Source: an uncultured bacterium | GTDB lineage: Bacteria > Cyanobacteriota > Vampirovibrionia > Gastranaerophilales > Gastranaerophilaceae | Length of the DNA: 64,000 nt | Assembly: GCA_902464375.1 (NCBI GenBank) | Contig: CABQIM010000001.1 | Coordinates: 1,567-65,566, forward strand | Direction: 5' to 3' | Shown: piece after piece, positions 9,242 through 18,951 of the stretch | How the letters are laid out: the number at the start of each line of letters is the position of its first letter | How positions within the stretch are numbered: the first letter of the stretch is position 1 | Notes under the pieces: model-generated | The model's database searches: none | The model's input: only the letters and a program-made list of their open reading frames with translations | Told to the model about the DNA's origin: nothing | Translations under genes and position numbers: made by a program

Positions 9242-10991
9242 GATTATGCCTATTAATTTCAGAGCAGTAGCCCCACAACAACAAGTTGAAACTGCTAAAG
9301 GACAAGAAACAAAGAATATTGATAGTGAAATTTCCGCTAAATATTTACAGAATCTTGCCTTGATGAACGCTGCTTCTGTAAAAAAAGTTGATTTGAAGGC
9401 AACTAAAACAGAACCTTATCAAAACAACCTCAGAAGTATGATTCAAAACAACGAATCTGTTATGATGGCTATTGTACCGAGAACTTTCACTGCAGAAGAT
9501 TTAAACGGAGATGACAAAGTTACATTATCCACAGGAGAAAAGAACGGCACTCTATTGAGCGCTATATCAAGACTTGACGAACTTAAGAACGATGGCATTA
9601 ACACAATACACATTTTACCAATCCATCCTACCGGAAAGAAAAATGCAATGGGTACAGCGGGTTCTTTATATTCTCCTGCTAAATATGTAACTGAAGATGG
9701 TCATTTGGCAATTGACCCGATGATTATTGACCAAAACGACCCAAGAACTCCTGATGAACAATTCAAAGCATTTATTGACGAATGCCACAAACGTAACATA
9801 AAAGTTATGCTAGATTTACCAAGTTGTGCTTCCGTAGATATGTTTGAAGCAGAACCTGAGCTTATGGCATACGGCAGAAACGGTGAAGATAAAACTCCAC
9901 AAGGCTGGGCTGATATCAGAATGTTCGAACCTTGGGCAGATGAAGCTCAAAGAACTTTGAATCCTAAGTTATTAGAAATGCATAAACAATATGTAGATGC
10001 TTGTATTGACTTAGGTTTGGATGGAATCAGAGCGGATGTTGCCAGAGCGAAACCTCCTGAATTTTGGGATGAGTTAATCAGATATTCGCATGAAAAAGAT
10101 CCGCAATTTGCTTGGTTAGCAGAAAGCTATACTTATGAATGTGCTTCTCCGATGGTAAATATGCCGTATGATAGACCGGAAGATTTGCTAAAAGCAGGCT
10201 TTGATGAGTATTACGGACAATATCACATTTTCCACGATTGGAGAAATGCTTCAGAATTTGACGATTATGTAAAATTCAATCTTGATTTGTCACACAAATT
10301 GCCTGCAGGTAAAAGTGTTATCGGTTCATTTCTAACACACGATGACAGCTCTTCAATGATACATGGCGGAGAAAATTTCTGCAAATTAACAACAGTTTTG
10401 CAATCAACAATCCCAATGTGCAATCCATACTTTATTGATGGATTCCAAACCGGCGATTATTACGATTACAAATACCGTAATACAGAAAACATTGAATCTT
10501 ACAACGGCAATACATTGATGAACGAACACAGATATCGTTTAGCATTGTTCAATTTATCAAGAAAACCGGGTGGTGATTGTCCTGATATCGAAAGAGTTAT
10601 GCGTGGTACTTTGAAAATGAGAAGTGAAAACCTTGATGTTCTTGCTGACAAAAATAGTAGCTTTATCGAATTAGACAAACGTGAAGACAGAAACGACCAA
10701 ATTATTGCATATGCAAGACACAACAGCAAAAATGGCAGAACAATACTTGTTGTGGCTAATAAAAATCCAAATAGAAATGTAACAGGTATTGTTGAAATTC
10801 CTGGATTAAAGGAAACACAAAAACTTAAAAATATGGTTCCTGAATATGGTGATACAAGCGAATTCCAAGTTGATGAAGATGAACTTAGAGTAAACCTTGC
10901 ACCATGTGACGCTTATGTTTTTGAAATTGATACTCCTAATATTGAAGAAGATAGAAAAGAACATGCTTTTAAACAAAAAGTTAATGATTAA
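9222..10991 (+). CDS. Alpha-amylase family (GH13) glycoside hydrolase with N-terminal extension
   Basis: GINTIHILPI, KVMLDL, GIRADVA (nucleophile), WLAES (acid/base), FLTHDD; start may be 9225 or 9228. Confidence 0.85.
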   Translation: MMMQISKIMPINFRAVAPQQQVETAKGQETKNIDSEISAKYLQNLALMNAASVKKVDLKATKTEPYQNNLRSMIQNNESVMMAIVPRTFTAEDLNGDDKVTLSTGEKNGTLLSAISRLDELKNDGINTIHILPIHPTGKKNAMGTAGSLYSPAKYVTEDGHLAIDPMIIDQNDPRTPDEQFKAFIDECHKRNIKVMLDLPSCASVDMFEAEPELMAYGRNGEDKTPQGWADIRMFEPWADEAQRTLNPKLLEMHKQYVDACIDLGLDGIRADVARAKPPEFWDELIRYSHEKDPQFAWLAESYTYECASPMVNMPYDRPEDLLKAGFDEYYGQYHIFHDWRNASEFDDYVKFNLDLSHKLPAGKSVIGSFLTHDDSSSMIHGGENFCKLTTVLQSTIPMCNPYFIDGFQTGDYYDYKYRNTENIESYNGNTLMNEHRYRLALFNLSRKPGGDCPDIERVMRGTLKMRSENLDVLADKNSSFIELDKREDRNDQIIAYARHNSKNGRTILVVANKNPNRNVTGIVEIPGLKETQKLKNMVPEYGDTSEFQVDEDELRVNLAPCDAYVFEIDTPNIEEDRKEHAFKQKVND

Positions 10992-11000
10992 ATATTAAAT

Positions 11001-11038
11001 AAAAAAAAGAACACTGGCATGCCGGTATTCTTTTTTTT
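11001..11038. terminator. Bidirectional intrinsic terminator
   Basis: A-run, stem GAACACTGGC/GCCGGTATTC, T-run, between convergent genes. Confidence 0.75.
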
Positions 11039-11046
11039 ATCATTAT

Positions 11047-11604
11047 CTATTTTTGTTCAATTTTTCTGATTACTCTTGCTGGATTGCCTACTGCCAAAGA
11101 ATTTTCAGGAATATCTTTTGTTACTACAGAGCCGGCACCAATTACGCAGCCATTACCAACAGTAACCCCAGGGAGAAATACAACTCCTCCGCCAATCCAA
11201 CAATTTTTACCTATTGTAATCGGCTTTGCTGTTTCTACAAATTTATTTCGTGTTGCATAGTCAAGCGGATGAATCGGTGTATAAAACTGCGTATTAGGTC
11301 CAACAAGTGTGTTATCACCAATTTTAACTTTTGCACAATCCAAGACTGTACAATTAGCATTAAAATAAACACCATTGCCTAATTCTGTATTACATCCGTA
11401 ATCAAAGAAAATATTCGGAGTAATATAACAACCTTCGCCCATTTTACCTAAAAAAGATTTTAAGATTTCTACACGCTTTTGTGCATCAGGTTCGGCATTA
11501 AATTCTTTTGCTTTTCTCTGTGAGTGCTCTCTTAGATTGATTAGTTCTTCATCTTGCATTGGATAATAATCCAAGCCATTAATCATTTTATCAAATTCTC
11601 TCAT
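11047..11604 (-). CDS. maa: Maltose/sugar O-acetyltransferase (hexapeptide repeat)
   Basis: DYGCN..LG..VYFNANC..LD, AKPITIG.NCWIGG, GAGSVVTKD, GNPARV. Confidence 0.85.
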   Translation of the reverse strand: MREFDKMINGLDYYPMQDEELINLREHSQRKAKEFNAEPDAQKRVEILKSFLGKMGEGCYITPNIFFDYGCNTELGNGVYFNANCTVLDCAKVKIGDNTLVGPNTQFYTPIHPLDYATRNKFVETAKPITIGKNCWIGGGVVFLPGVTVGNGCVIGAGSVVTKDIPENSLAVGNPARVIRKIEQK

Positions 11605-11622
11605 AACTAAAAAATATACAAC

Positions 11623-11671
11623 AAAAGGTTAATTGTCAATATTGATATTATCAATATACAATTAACCTTTT
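11623..11671. terminator. Long hairpin, likely terminator of the 70-aa gene; overlaps the -35 (TTGACA) of maa
   Basis: AAAAGGTTAATTGT/ACAATTAACCTTTT plus inner ATATTGATA/TATCAATAT. Confidence 0.6.
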
Positions 11672-11700
11672 AGGATAATCTCTTTTTTTCTCACCAAAAA

Positions 11701-11913
11701 CTATGACTGATAAGCACCGGCTTGTTGAGCAGAAAAACTCCAGACATTAGATGCTTTTAGTTTATCTTTATCAATATGACGCAAATCATCTTGTGCATAA
11801 AGTGATGTTGAATGATGATTGGATGCTTTTGCTGTTTTTCCACCTGAAGGTGACCACGTTGATTCTGTTGCTGTATAACCAGATGCTCTTGATGAACCAT
11901 GAACTGATGACAT
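11701..11913 (-). CDS. Small Ser-rich hypothetical protein (70 aa)
   Basis: AAAGGAGG RBS before ATG; downstream hairpin. Confidence 0.7.
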   Translation of the reverse strand: MSSVHGSSRASGYTATESTWSPSGGKTAKASNHHSTSLYAQDDLRHIDKDKLKASNVWSFSAQQAGAYQS

Positions 11914-12003
11914 AGGAGCCTCCTTTCTTAATATCTTCTTATATTCATCGTATATACATGTAAAGTATTTTTATTTTCTAAAATTTCACAATTTAGCCCA
12001 ATC

Positions 12004-12021
12004 TTTACAAAACTTTACAAA
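12004..12021 (+). promoter_or_regulatory. HLR1-like (RpaB-box) direct repeat
   Basis: TTTACAAA-ac-TTTACAAA in a divergent promoter region. Confidence 0.6.
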
Positions 12022-12077
12022 GTGGCACAAATTAAAAATCGTTTAAACTATAATAGAAATATACAAAGGAGATTATT

Positions 12078-12644
12078 TTGGATATTTTAATGGATGACGT
12101 AACTGCCGGAATATTAGCAGAATTAGAAAAAACGCAAAAAGAATTTTGGAATGTACCAAGAAAAACCGGTATATTATTAAATACATTTATAAAAATGATG
12201 AACGCAAAAAGCGCATTGGAAATAGGAACCTCTAACGGATATTCAGGTTTATGGCTTTCTAAAGCACTTAAAGAAACTGGTGGAAGACTTACAACAATTG
12301 AATTCTATGACAAGCGCCAAAGTATTGCGATAGAAAATTTCAAGACTTGCGGAGTTATGGATATTGTTAGACCACTACAAGGTTCTGCGTGTGAAATATT
12401 GGGATCGTTAGATGAAAGCGAAAAATTTGATTTCGTATTCATAGACGCTTGCAAAAAAGAATATGTTAAGTATTTTGAGCTTGTAAAACCACATTTAACT
12501 CAAAAAGCTATGATTGTTGCCGATAATATAATCTCTCATTCGGAAAAAGTTCAAGATTTTATTGCGGCAGTTGACGCTGATGAAGAATTCCAGTATGCAA
12601 TAGTAGAAGTCCCTGGGGGAATTTTAACAGCGTATAGAAATTAA
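12078..12644 (+). CDS. SAM-dependent O-methyltransferase (CCoAOMT/TrmR-like)
   Basis: LEIGTSNGYS, FDFVFIDA.K, IVADNI. Confidence 0.85.
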   Translation: MDILMDDVTAGILAELEKTQKEFWNVPRKTGILLNTFIKMMNAKSALEIGTSNGYSGLWLSKALKETGGRLTTIEFYDKRQSIAIENFKTCGVMDIVRPLQGSACEILGSLDESEKFDFVFIDACKKEYVKYFELVKPHLTQKAMIVADNIISHSEKVQDFIAAVDADEEFQYAIVEVPGGILTAYRN

Positions 12645-12707
12645 ATTCTAACAATAAGCAACATTATATGTTACAATATAATTAGAATAGTTTATTGAGG
12701 TTTAATA

Positions 12708-15002
12708 ATGTACGAATTCCCGTTTGAGTTGGATGATTTTCAAAAAGAGGCTTGTGAGTGTATTACAAAAGGTGAAAGCGTTGTTGTCTGCGCCCCTACA
12801 GGAGCCGGTAAAACTGTAATAGCACAACATGCAATACATTGCGCTTTAGAGCAAGGCAAAAGAGTTTTTTACACAACACCTCTTAAAGCATTATCAAACC
12901 AGAAATATAATGATTTTTCAGAAAAATACGGTTCAGATAAAGTCGGGCTTTTAACTGGTGATACTTCAATAAATCGTGGTGCACAAATTGTTGTAATGAC
13001 TACAGAAGTTTTCAGAAATATGCTTTACGGCACAAATTTTGGTTCTGTTACAGATAACTTAAAGGATGTTAAGTACGTTATTTTAGACGAAGTTCACTAT
13101 ATGAACGACGAACAGCGCGGTACTGTTTGGGAAGAAAGTATTATTTATTGTCCAACAAACGTACAGCTTGTAGCACTTTCTGCAACTGTTGCAAACGCAG
13201 ACAAGCTTACTGACTGGATAAATACAGTTCATTCTAAGACTGAATTAATTAATACAGATTTTCGTCCGGTTCCGTTGAGATTTTATTATTTTGATTCATC
13301 TCAACCGCATACACTGCTTCCGCTTCTTACTCCAAACGGAACTTTGAACAAGAAAATCAAACCGGAAAAGAAAGAATTTAAGCGCGGAAAAGCTGTTCAG
13401 AAGAAAAACACAGTAAAAGATGTTGTAAGAAATTTGCACGAACAAAATATGTTGCCTGCAATCTATTTCACTTTTTCACGTAAAAAATGTGATGAACAGA
13501 TGGAAAAATGCGCGTCATTATGTTTGATAACACCGCAAGAGCAAGAGCAAATCAGAAAAATAATTGATGAATATATTGCAGAAAATCCTTATTTATATAA
13601 AAATAAGCATATTGAATACTTACTTCAAGGTGTGGCCTCACATCATGCCGGTTTACTCCCAGGATGGAAAGTACTTGTAGAAAAGCTTTTCCAAAAAGGA
13701 TTAATTAAAGTCGTATTTGCGACAGAAACTCTAGCTGCAGGCATCAACATGCCGGCACGTTCTACTGTAATAAGCTCTATAAGTAAAAGAACGGATAGTG
13801 GACATAGAACTCTTACTCCTAGTGAATTTTTGCAGATGTCAGGCAGAGCCGGACGTAGAGGCATGGATGAAATAGGTTATGTTGTGATTGTAGGCAGTCC
13901 ATTCCAAACGCCGGAAGAAGTTGCAGAATTAGTGTTGAGTGACGCTAATCCACTGGAAAGTAAATTTTCACCAAGTTATTCAATGGTACTAAATCTGTTG
14001 CAAAGATTTACGCTTGAAGAAGCAAAAGAACTTGTACTAAAGAGTTTTGGATATTTTTCTTCTAACTACAGAATAGAACCTTTGATAACACTAAAAAAAG
14101 AGTTCGACCAAAAGATAGATGAATGCAACTCATTTGAGTGTTATTGCAAACGTACAAATGAAGATTTGCTTGAATACAATAAAATCCGCGACATTTATGT
14201 TCAAAACAGACGTGTATTCAAAACGATTCAAAAACAAGAAAAGAAGAAAAACAGACCACTTAGCGATGAAGCGGTTGAATTTGGCAGACAAACAAAAAAT
14301 ATGCTTCAAAAAATGCACTCTTATCAGTGTGATACTTGTAAGTTGTTCAAAAAACATATGAAAAATATTGATTTGCTGGAAAGATATTTAGCAAAAGAAA
14401 AAGCGCTTGATAAAGAAATTGAAAAACAGAAGGATATTTTCTGGAATAAATTCTTATCACACAGAGCTGTACTTGCAGACTATGGATATCTTAAGGATGA
14501 TTATCCTACAGAAAAAGGTATTACAATTTCTCAAATACGTTCAGAAAATGAATTGTTCCTTGCTCAAATAATTTTCTCAGGAGTACTGGAAGGATTAACT
14601 CCTGCTGAATTGGCAAGTGTTGTTTGTGCTATTACAACAGAAGATATGAGAGCGGATTTGTATTCGCAACTTCCGTTATCACCTAATGTAAGAAAAAAAC
14701 TTAATAAAATCAAAGATATTAAACGCGATTTAGACAAAAAGCAAAAACATTATGATGTAGAAGATCCAATGTATATAAACGGATTTTACTCACCATTAAT
14801 AGAAATGTGGGCTAATGGCGCAGAGTGGGATAGCATTATTGATGAAGTCGATATGGGCGAAGGCGATATTGTTAGATGCTTTAAACGCGTTATTGACGTT
14901 TTAAGACAATTCTGCACAATTGCAAATGTGCCAGAAGATTTGGTATTCACTGCAAGAGAAGCAATTGATTTGATACAAAAGAGCCCGATTGATATAGATT
15001 AG
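12708..15002 (+). CDS. Ski2-like DEAD/DEAH-box helicase (HelY type)
   Basis: APTGAGKT, PLKALSNQ, DEVH, LSAT, TETLAAGINMPA, QMSGRAGRRG, C-terminal EGDIVR. Confidence 0.9.
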   Translation: MYEFPFELDDFQKEACECITKGESVVVCAPTGAGKTVIAQHAIHCALEQGKRVFYTTPLKALSNQKYNDFSEKYGSDKVGLLTGDTSINRGAQIVVMTTEVFRNMLYGTNFGSVTDNLKDVKYVILDEVHYMNDEQRGTVWEESIIYCPTNVQLVALSATVANADKLTDWINTVHSKTELINTDFRPVPLRFYYFDSSQPHTLLPLLTPNGTLNKKIKPEKKEFKRGKAVQKKNTVKDVVRNLHEQNMLPAIYFTFSRKKCDEQMEKCASLCLITPQEQEQIRKIIDEYIAENPYLYKNKHIEYLLQGVASHHAGLLPGWKVLVEKLFQKGLIKVVFATETLAAGINMPARSTVISSISKRTDSGHRTLTPSEFLQMSGRAGRRGMDEIGYVVIVGSPFQTPEEVAELVLSDANPLESKFSPSYSMVLNLLQRFTLEEAKELVLKSFGYFSSNYRIEPLITLKKEFDQKIDECNSFECYCKRTNEDLLEYNKIRDIYVQNRRVFKTIQKQEKKKNRPLSDEAVEFGRQTKNMLQKMHSYQCDTCKLFKKHMKNIDLLERYLAKEKALDKEIEKQKDIFWNKFLSHRAVLADYGYLKDDYPTEKGITISQIRSENELFLAQIIFSGVLEGLTPAELASVVCAITTEDMRADLYSQLPLSPNVRKKLNKIKDIKRDLDKKQKHYDVEDPMYINGFYSPLIEMWANGAEWDSIIDEVDMGEGDIVRCFKRVIDVLRQFCTIANVPEDLVFTAREAIDLIQKSPIDID

Positions 15003-15054
15003 ATTTTTATAGTAAAATGTTATTACACACTTACGAGCTTGTTGTCTTTCGCTA

Positions 15055-15172
15055 CGTCATTACGAGGCACGTTAGTGATGAAGTAATCCAGTTAATTTAT
15101 AGATTGCCACGAAAATTCTCAAAGATTTTCGTCTGACTATAAACTGGAAGTCTCAATTTTCTCGCAATGACG
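15055..15172. repeat. Palindromic intergenic element, copy 2
   Basis: CGTCATTACGAG...GATTGCCACGAAAATT...CTCGCAATGACG. Confidence 0.8.
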
Positions 15173-15357
15173 GCAAACTGCAAGTTTAAACTATCAACTG
15201 TTTTTAAAACAACTTTTAATTTTCTATTTATGAAAGCCGATAGTTGCATCTACATACGGCAGGTTTCACCTGCTACGGTCTAGCCCCCCCTTCCCACTCT
15301 GTCACTAACGTGACATCTCTCCCGCTTAATGGATGTTGTGGGCGAGAATGAAGTTAG

Positions 15358-15924
15358 CCTCTACCTCACCCTAACCCTCTCCTGCTAGGAGAGGGGACAA
15401 GCGCCATATCTGTAGTATCACCAATGAGGCGGAGCTGGTAGTTTTAATATAAATTTGTAGTTTTCACCTTGCAGCCGACCCAATACCTACATGTGTAACC
15501 TCTACCTCACCCTAACCCTCTCCTGCTAGGAGAGGGGACAAGCGCCATACCTGTAGTATCACCAATGAGGCGGAGTTGGTAGTTTTAATGTAATTTTGTA
15601 GTTTTCACCTTGCAGCCGACCCAATACCTACATGTGTAACCTCTACCTCACCCTAACCCTCTCCTGCTAGGAGAGGGGACAAGCGCCATACCTGTAGTAT
15701 CACCAATGAGGCGGAGTTGGTAGTTTTAATGTAATTTTGTAGTTTTCACCTTGCAGCCGACCCAATACCTACATGTGTAACCTCTACCTCACCCTAACCC
15801 TCTCCTGCTAGGAGAGGGGACAAGCGCCATACCTGTAGTATCACCAATGAGGCGGAGCCAGTAGTTATTATACAATCCTGTAATTTCCACCAAGTAGCCG
15901 ACAGTAGTGTCTACGTGCGTAGCA
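15358..15924. repeat. Tandem array of four 141-bp composite units (REP hairpin plus second module), BIME-like
   Basis: Units start 15358, 15499, 15640, 15781; units 1-3 near-identical, unit 4 diverges in its second half. Confidence 0.9.
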
Positions 15925-17238
15925 CTAGATGATGTGGTGTGGCATTGCGACAGAGCCTTTGTCAAGACGTTTTTGTAATTCACCGGATGGTTCGTAGAAT
16001 GGTGATACGGTCATGATTCTAGCCGCAATATCCGGATAGTGATAAATAAACTTTAATTCACTTTCTGTCAACGGTTTTTGAGTATGAACGTTAGCGTAAC
16101 GTGCCAATTCCAAAATGTTTCTGGCTTCATTTTCGTCTTTAAATTCAAGTTCTAATTTATCATATACATTTCTGAACCCTTTAATACCACCATATTCTCC
16201 GGTTGTAATCATTCTTCCTGTTTCAATGATTTCCGGTTCACCTCGTCCTAGTTCTTCAAAATCGTATAATTCATAATTTCTTCTATCTTTCAGCGCACCA
16301 TCTGCGTGAATACCTGATTCGTGAGCAAAAGCATTATCGCCTACTGCCGGTTGATTGATTGGGATTGGTAAACCAAATGCGTAAGCGGTGTATTTAGCAA
16401 GTTTCCAAGCTTTGCTTAAATCGATATTTTCATCAACTTGGAATTGACCGTTTGATTTTCTAAACCCTGCTGATTTCAAAACAGCAAGTAAACAAGATAC
16501 CAAGTCCGCATTTCCGGCACGTTCTCCCATGCCATTTATTGCAGTGTTGATATATGCGTCTACTCCGGCATCCACGGCTGCTCTTGCACCCTCAACAGAA
16601 CAAGCAACTGCCATTCCTAAATCGTTATGGAAGTGCATCTCTATTGGCATTTGAGTTTCTTTTGCAAGTCTGTAAATCCTTGTATAAGTTGTATGCGGGT
16701 CTTCATAACCGAGTGTATCACAGTATCTAAAACGATATGCGCCACGTTTTTTAACTTCTTTAGCTAATTTTATTAAGAAATCTAAGTCACTTCTTGAAGC
16801 GTCTTCTGCGTTTACACCAATAATTTTAGCACCTTTTGAAACTGCACATTCCACAGCTTCGCAAGTCATTTTAATAATATCATCCGGTGTTTTTTTACCA
16901 AGATATTTACCGTAAATCATTTGTTCAGAAGTTGATTGTGAAAGATTGCAGTTTTCTAAAAGCGGACAATTATTAAAAGATTTTTCTACATCGGAAGCCA
17001 AAGCTCTCATCCAACCCGAAAGCTTTGTTTTTCTAATAACACCACGTTTTACAAGTTCCAAGTTCGCATTCAAATAATTTATTTCGTGCATTGTTGTCGG
17101 GAAACCAAACTCGGATTGAGTTATTCCCATATCATCAAGCATAAGATTAATGATAGTTTTTTGCAATTTTGCCAAACCTAACCTTGAAGTTTGAACCCCA
17201 TCTCTGTTTGTTACATCTACGAAATAAATTTTTGGCAT
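15925..17238 (-). CDS. Homocitrate synthase/isopropylmalate synthase family enzyme, probably Re-citrate synthase
   Basis: DVTNRDGVQ, YCDTLG, HFHNDLGMA, GERAGNA, AFAHESGIHADG; GGAGG RBS supports ATG 17238. Confidence 0.8.
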   Translation of the reverse strand: MPKIYFVDVTNRDGVQTSRLGLAKLQKTIINLMLDDMGITQSEFGFPTTMHEINYLNANLELVKRGVIRKTKLSGWMRALASDVEKSFNNCPLLENCNLSQSTSEQMIYGKYLGKKTPDDIIKMTCEAVECAVSKGAKIIGVNAEDASRSDLDFLIKLAKEVKKRGAYRFRYCDTLGYEDPHTTYTRIYRLAKETQMPIEMHFHNDLGMAVACSVEGARAAVDAGVDAYINTAINGMGERAGNADLVSCLLAVLKSAGFRKSNGQFQVDENIDLSKAWKLAKYTAYAFGLPIPINQPAVGDNAFAHESGIHADGALKDRRNYELYDFEELGRGEPEIIETGRMITTGEYGGIKGFRNVYDKLELEFKDENEARNILELARYANVHTQKPLTESELKFIYHYPDIAARIMTVSPFYEPSGELQKRLDKGSVAMPHHII

Positions 17239-17361
17239 CATATTCCTCCACAATGTGCACGTCTTACAGAAAATTTGCACAACCTACTCTATTCAAATAG
17301 CTATATAATGCAGATATTGTACAATATTAAAAAGAAATGAGCAAGTAAAGATTATGTTAAA

Positions 17362-18837
17362 TTATTTTAAATACTTTATGATTTTACCGCCGATTTCGTA
17401 TCTTTCACAATATCGTTTTAATTCTTTAATCACGACACCGGACAACGCAAAGACTGCTATTAAATTTGGTACTGCTAAAAATAGAGTTACAGCATCAGAT
17501 AAATTTATGATACTTTGAAAGTTCATTGCCGAACCCGCAATTATACATAAACAGTAAATTACTTGAAAAATTCGACTTTTGAACTTTGATTCCCCAAACA
17601 AAAATCCCCACGCTTTTAATCCATAATAAGAACCGCAAAGCATTGTTGATAAAACAAAACAACTTGCCATAATTGTTAATATAATAGGAAATGCAGGACA
17701 AATAGTTGCAAAAGCTTTTGATGTAAGTTCGATACCAGCTATACCATCAACAGTCAAATAAGCTTTTGAAACAACGATTACGAACGCTGTTGCGACTCCA
17801 ACTATAACCGTATCGACAAATGGTTGAAGCATAGAAATAAATGCTTGAGCTACCGGCTTGTTGGTATTTACGGCAGAAAATGCAATCGGTGCAGTTCCTA
17901 AGCCAGATTCGTTTGCAAACATCGCTCTTCTAAAACCCCAAAGTAAGCAGGCAAATGCTCCACCTGTCATTGCTCTAGGAGAAAAAGCTTCTTTAATAAT
18001 CAACACTACAGTTTCCGGCAGATGATTAATATTAACTAAGCAAACTAAAAAAGCACTTATTACATACAAAGAACACATCACTGGTGTTACTTTAGAAGTA
18101 AATTTTCCAATAGCCTTAATGCCACCAATAATTGTGAACCAAGTAATAACAGCCACAATCAGACCTAATATCCAGCCATTATCTGCAAATATACTGGAGT
18201 TTCCACCGGTAACCTCTGTGTATTGCGCGGTCATTGCATTAATTTGAAATAAATTCCAACCACCAATCATTGCAAAGATGCAACAAATTGCATATGTTTT
18301 TGACAAACAACCACCGATTTTTTCAGTAAATTTATTTCCTTTAAAAGCTATCGGAATATAGTACATCGGACCACCGGAAACGGTTCCATCCTGATTTGTT
18401 TGTCTAAACTTAACACCCAATAATACTTCTGAGAACTTTAATGCCATAGAAAACAATCCGGCAATAATCATCCAAAAAATTACCCCTGGGCCTCCAATAG
18501 ACACAGCAGCGGCAGAACCAGCTACATTACCGATTCCGGCAGAAGCTGAAATTGTTGCGCTAAGAGCTTGAAAAGATGACAACTCACCTTTCTTTTTTCT
18601 TTGATAACCATTTGGATTATTATGCACATAATTATTCGTTATCAATTTTATTGAATGTTTGAATCCCCACAAGCCTATAAAACCGGTTCTAAACGTAAAA
18701 TATAAAGCCGCTGATATCAAAAGCGCAATCAAAAATTCGACCTTAACTCCACCTATTGTTACATAAGAAAAAATTAAACCCGATACTTTATCTGCTATTG
18801 GTGATAACAAGCTATCTATTGCGGCATCTAAATTCAT
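17362..18837 (-). CDS. Sodium:alanine/glycine symporter (AGCS family)
   Basis: SSFQAL, GIGNVAG, GGPG..FWM, GGPMYY, FANESGLGTAP. Confidence 0.9.
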   Translation of the reverse strand: MNLDAAIDSLLSPIADKVSGLIFSYVTIGGVKVEFLIALLISAALYFTFRTGFIGLWGFKHSIKLITNNYVHNNPNGYQRKKKGELSSFQALSATISASAGIGNVAGSAAAVSIGGPGVIFWMIIAGLFSMALKFSEVLLGVKFRQTNQDGTVSGGPMYYIPIAFKGNKFTEKIGGCLSKTYAICCIFAMIGGWNLFQINAMTAQYTEVTGGNSSIFADNGWILGLIVAVITWFTIIGGIKAIGKFTSKVTPVMCSLYVISAFLVCLVNINHLPETVVLIIKEAFSPRAMTGGAFACLLWGFRRAMFANESGLGTAPIAFSAVNTNKPVAQAFISMLQPFVDTVIVGVATAFVIVVSKAYLTVDGIAGIELTSKAFATICPAFPIILTIMASCFVLSTMLCGSYYGLKAWGFLFGESKFKSRIFQVIYCLCIIAGSAMNFQSIINLSDAVTLFLAVPNLIAVFALSGVVIKELKRYCERYEIGGKIIKYLK

Positions 18838-18951
18838 ATAGTTATTTTACTATAAACATGAACTTTTTTAATTATTACTTTTTATTAAGAAAAGTTCTAC
18901 TATGCGCTTGTTTATAGTAAAATTATAAATTATTGGAGGTAAGATTTAAGA

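Noticed and set aside
12708..15002. Helicase as part of a defence system linked to the adjacent array
   Set aside because: It is an ordinary HelY/Ski2-type helicase, and the same repeat family occurs next to unrelated genes (pdxA/queE).
15358..15924. CRISPR array
   Set aside because: The sequence between the hairpins is near-identical rather than unique, the period is 141 bp, and there are no cas genes in the window.
15789..15983. 64-aa ORF across the repeat
   Set aside because: It overlaps the synthase 3' end, is translated repeat sequence and has no RBS.
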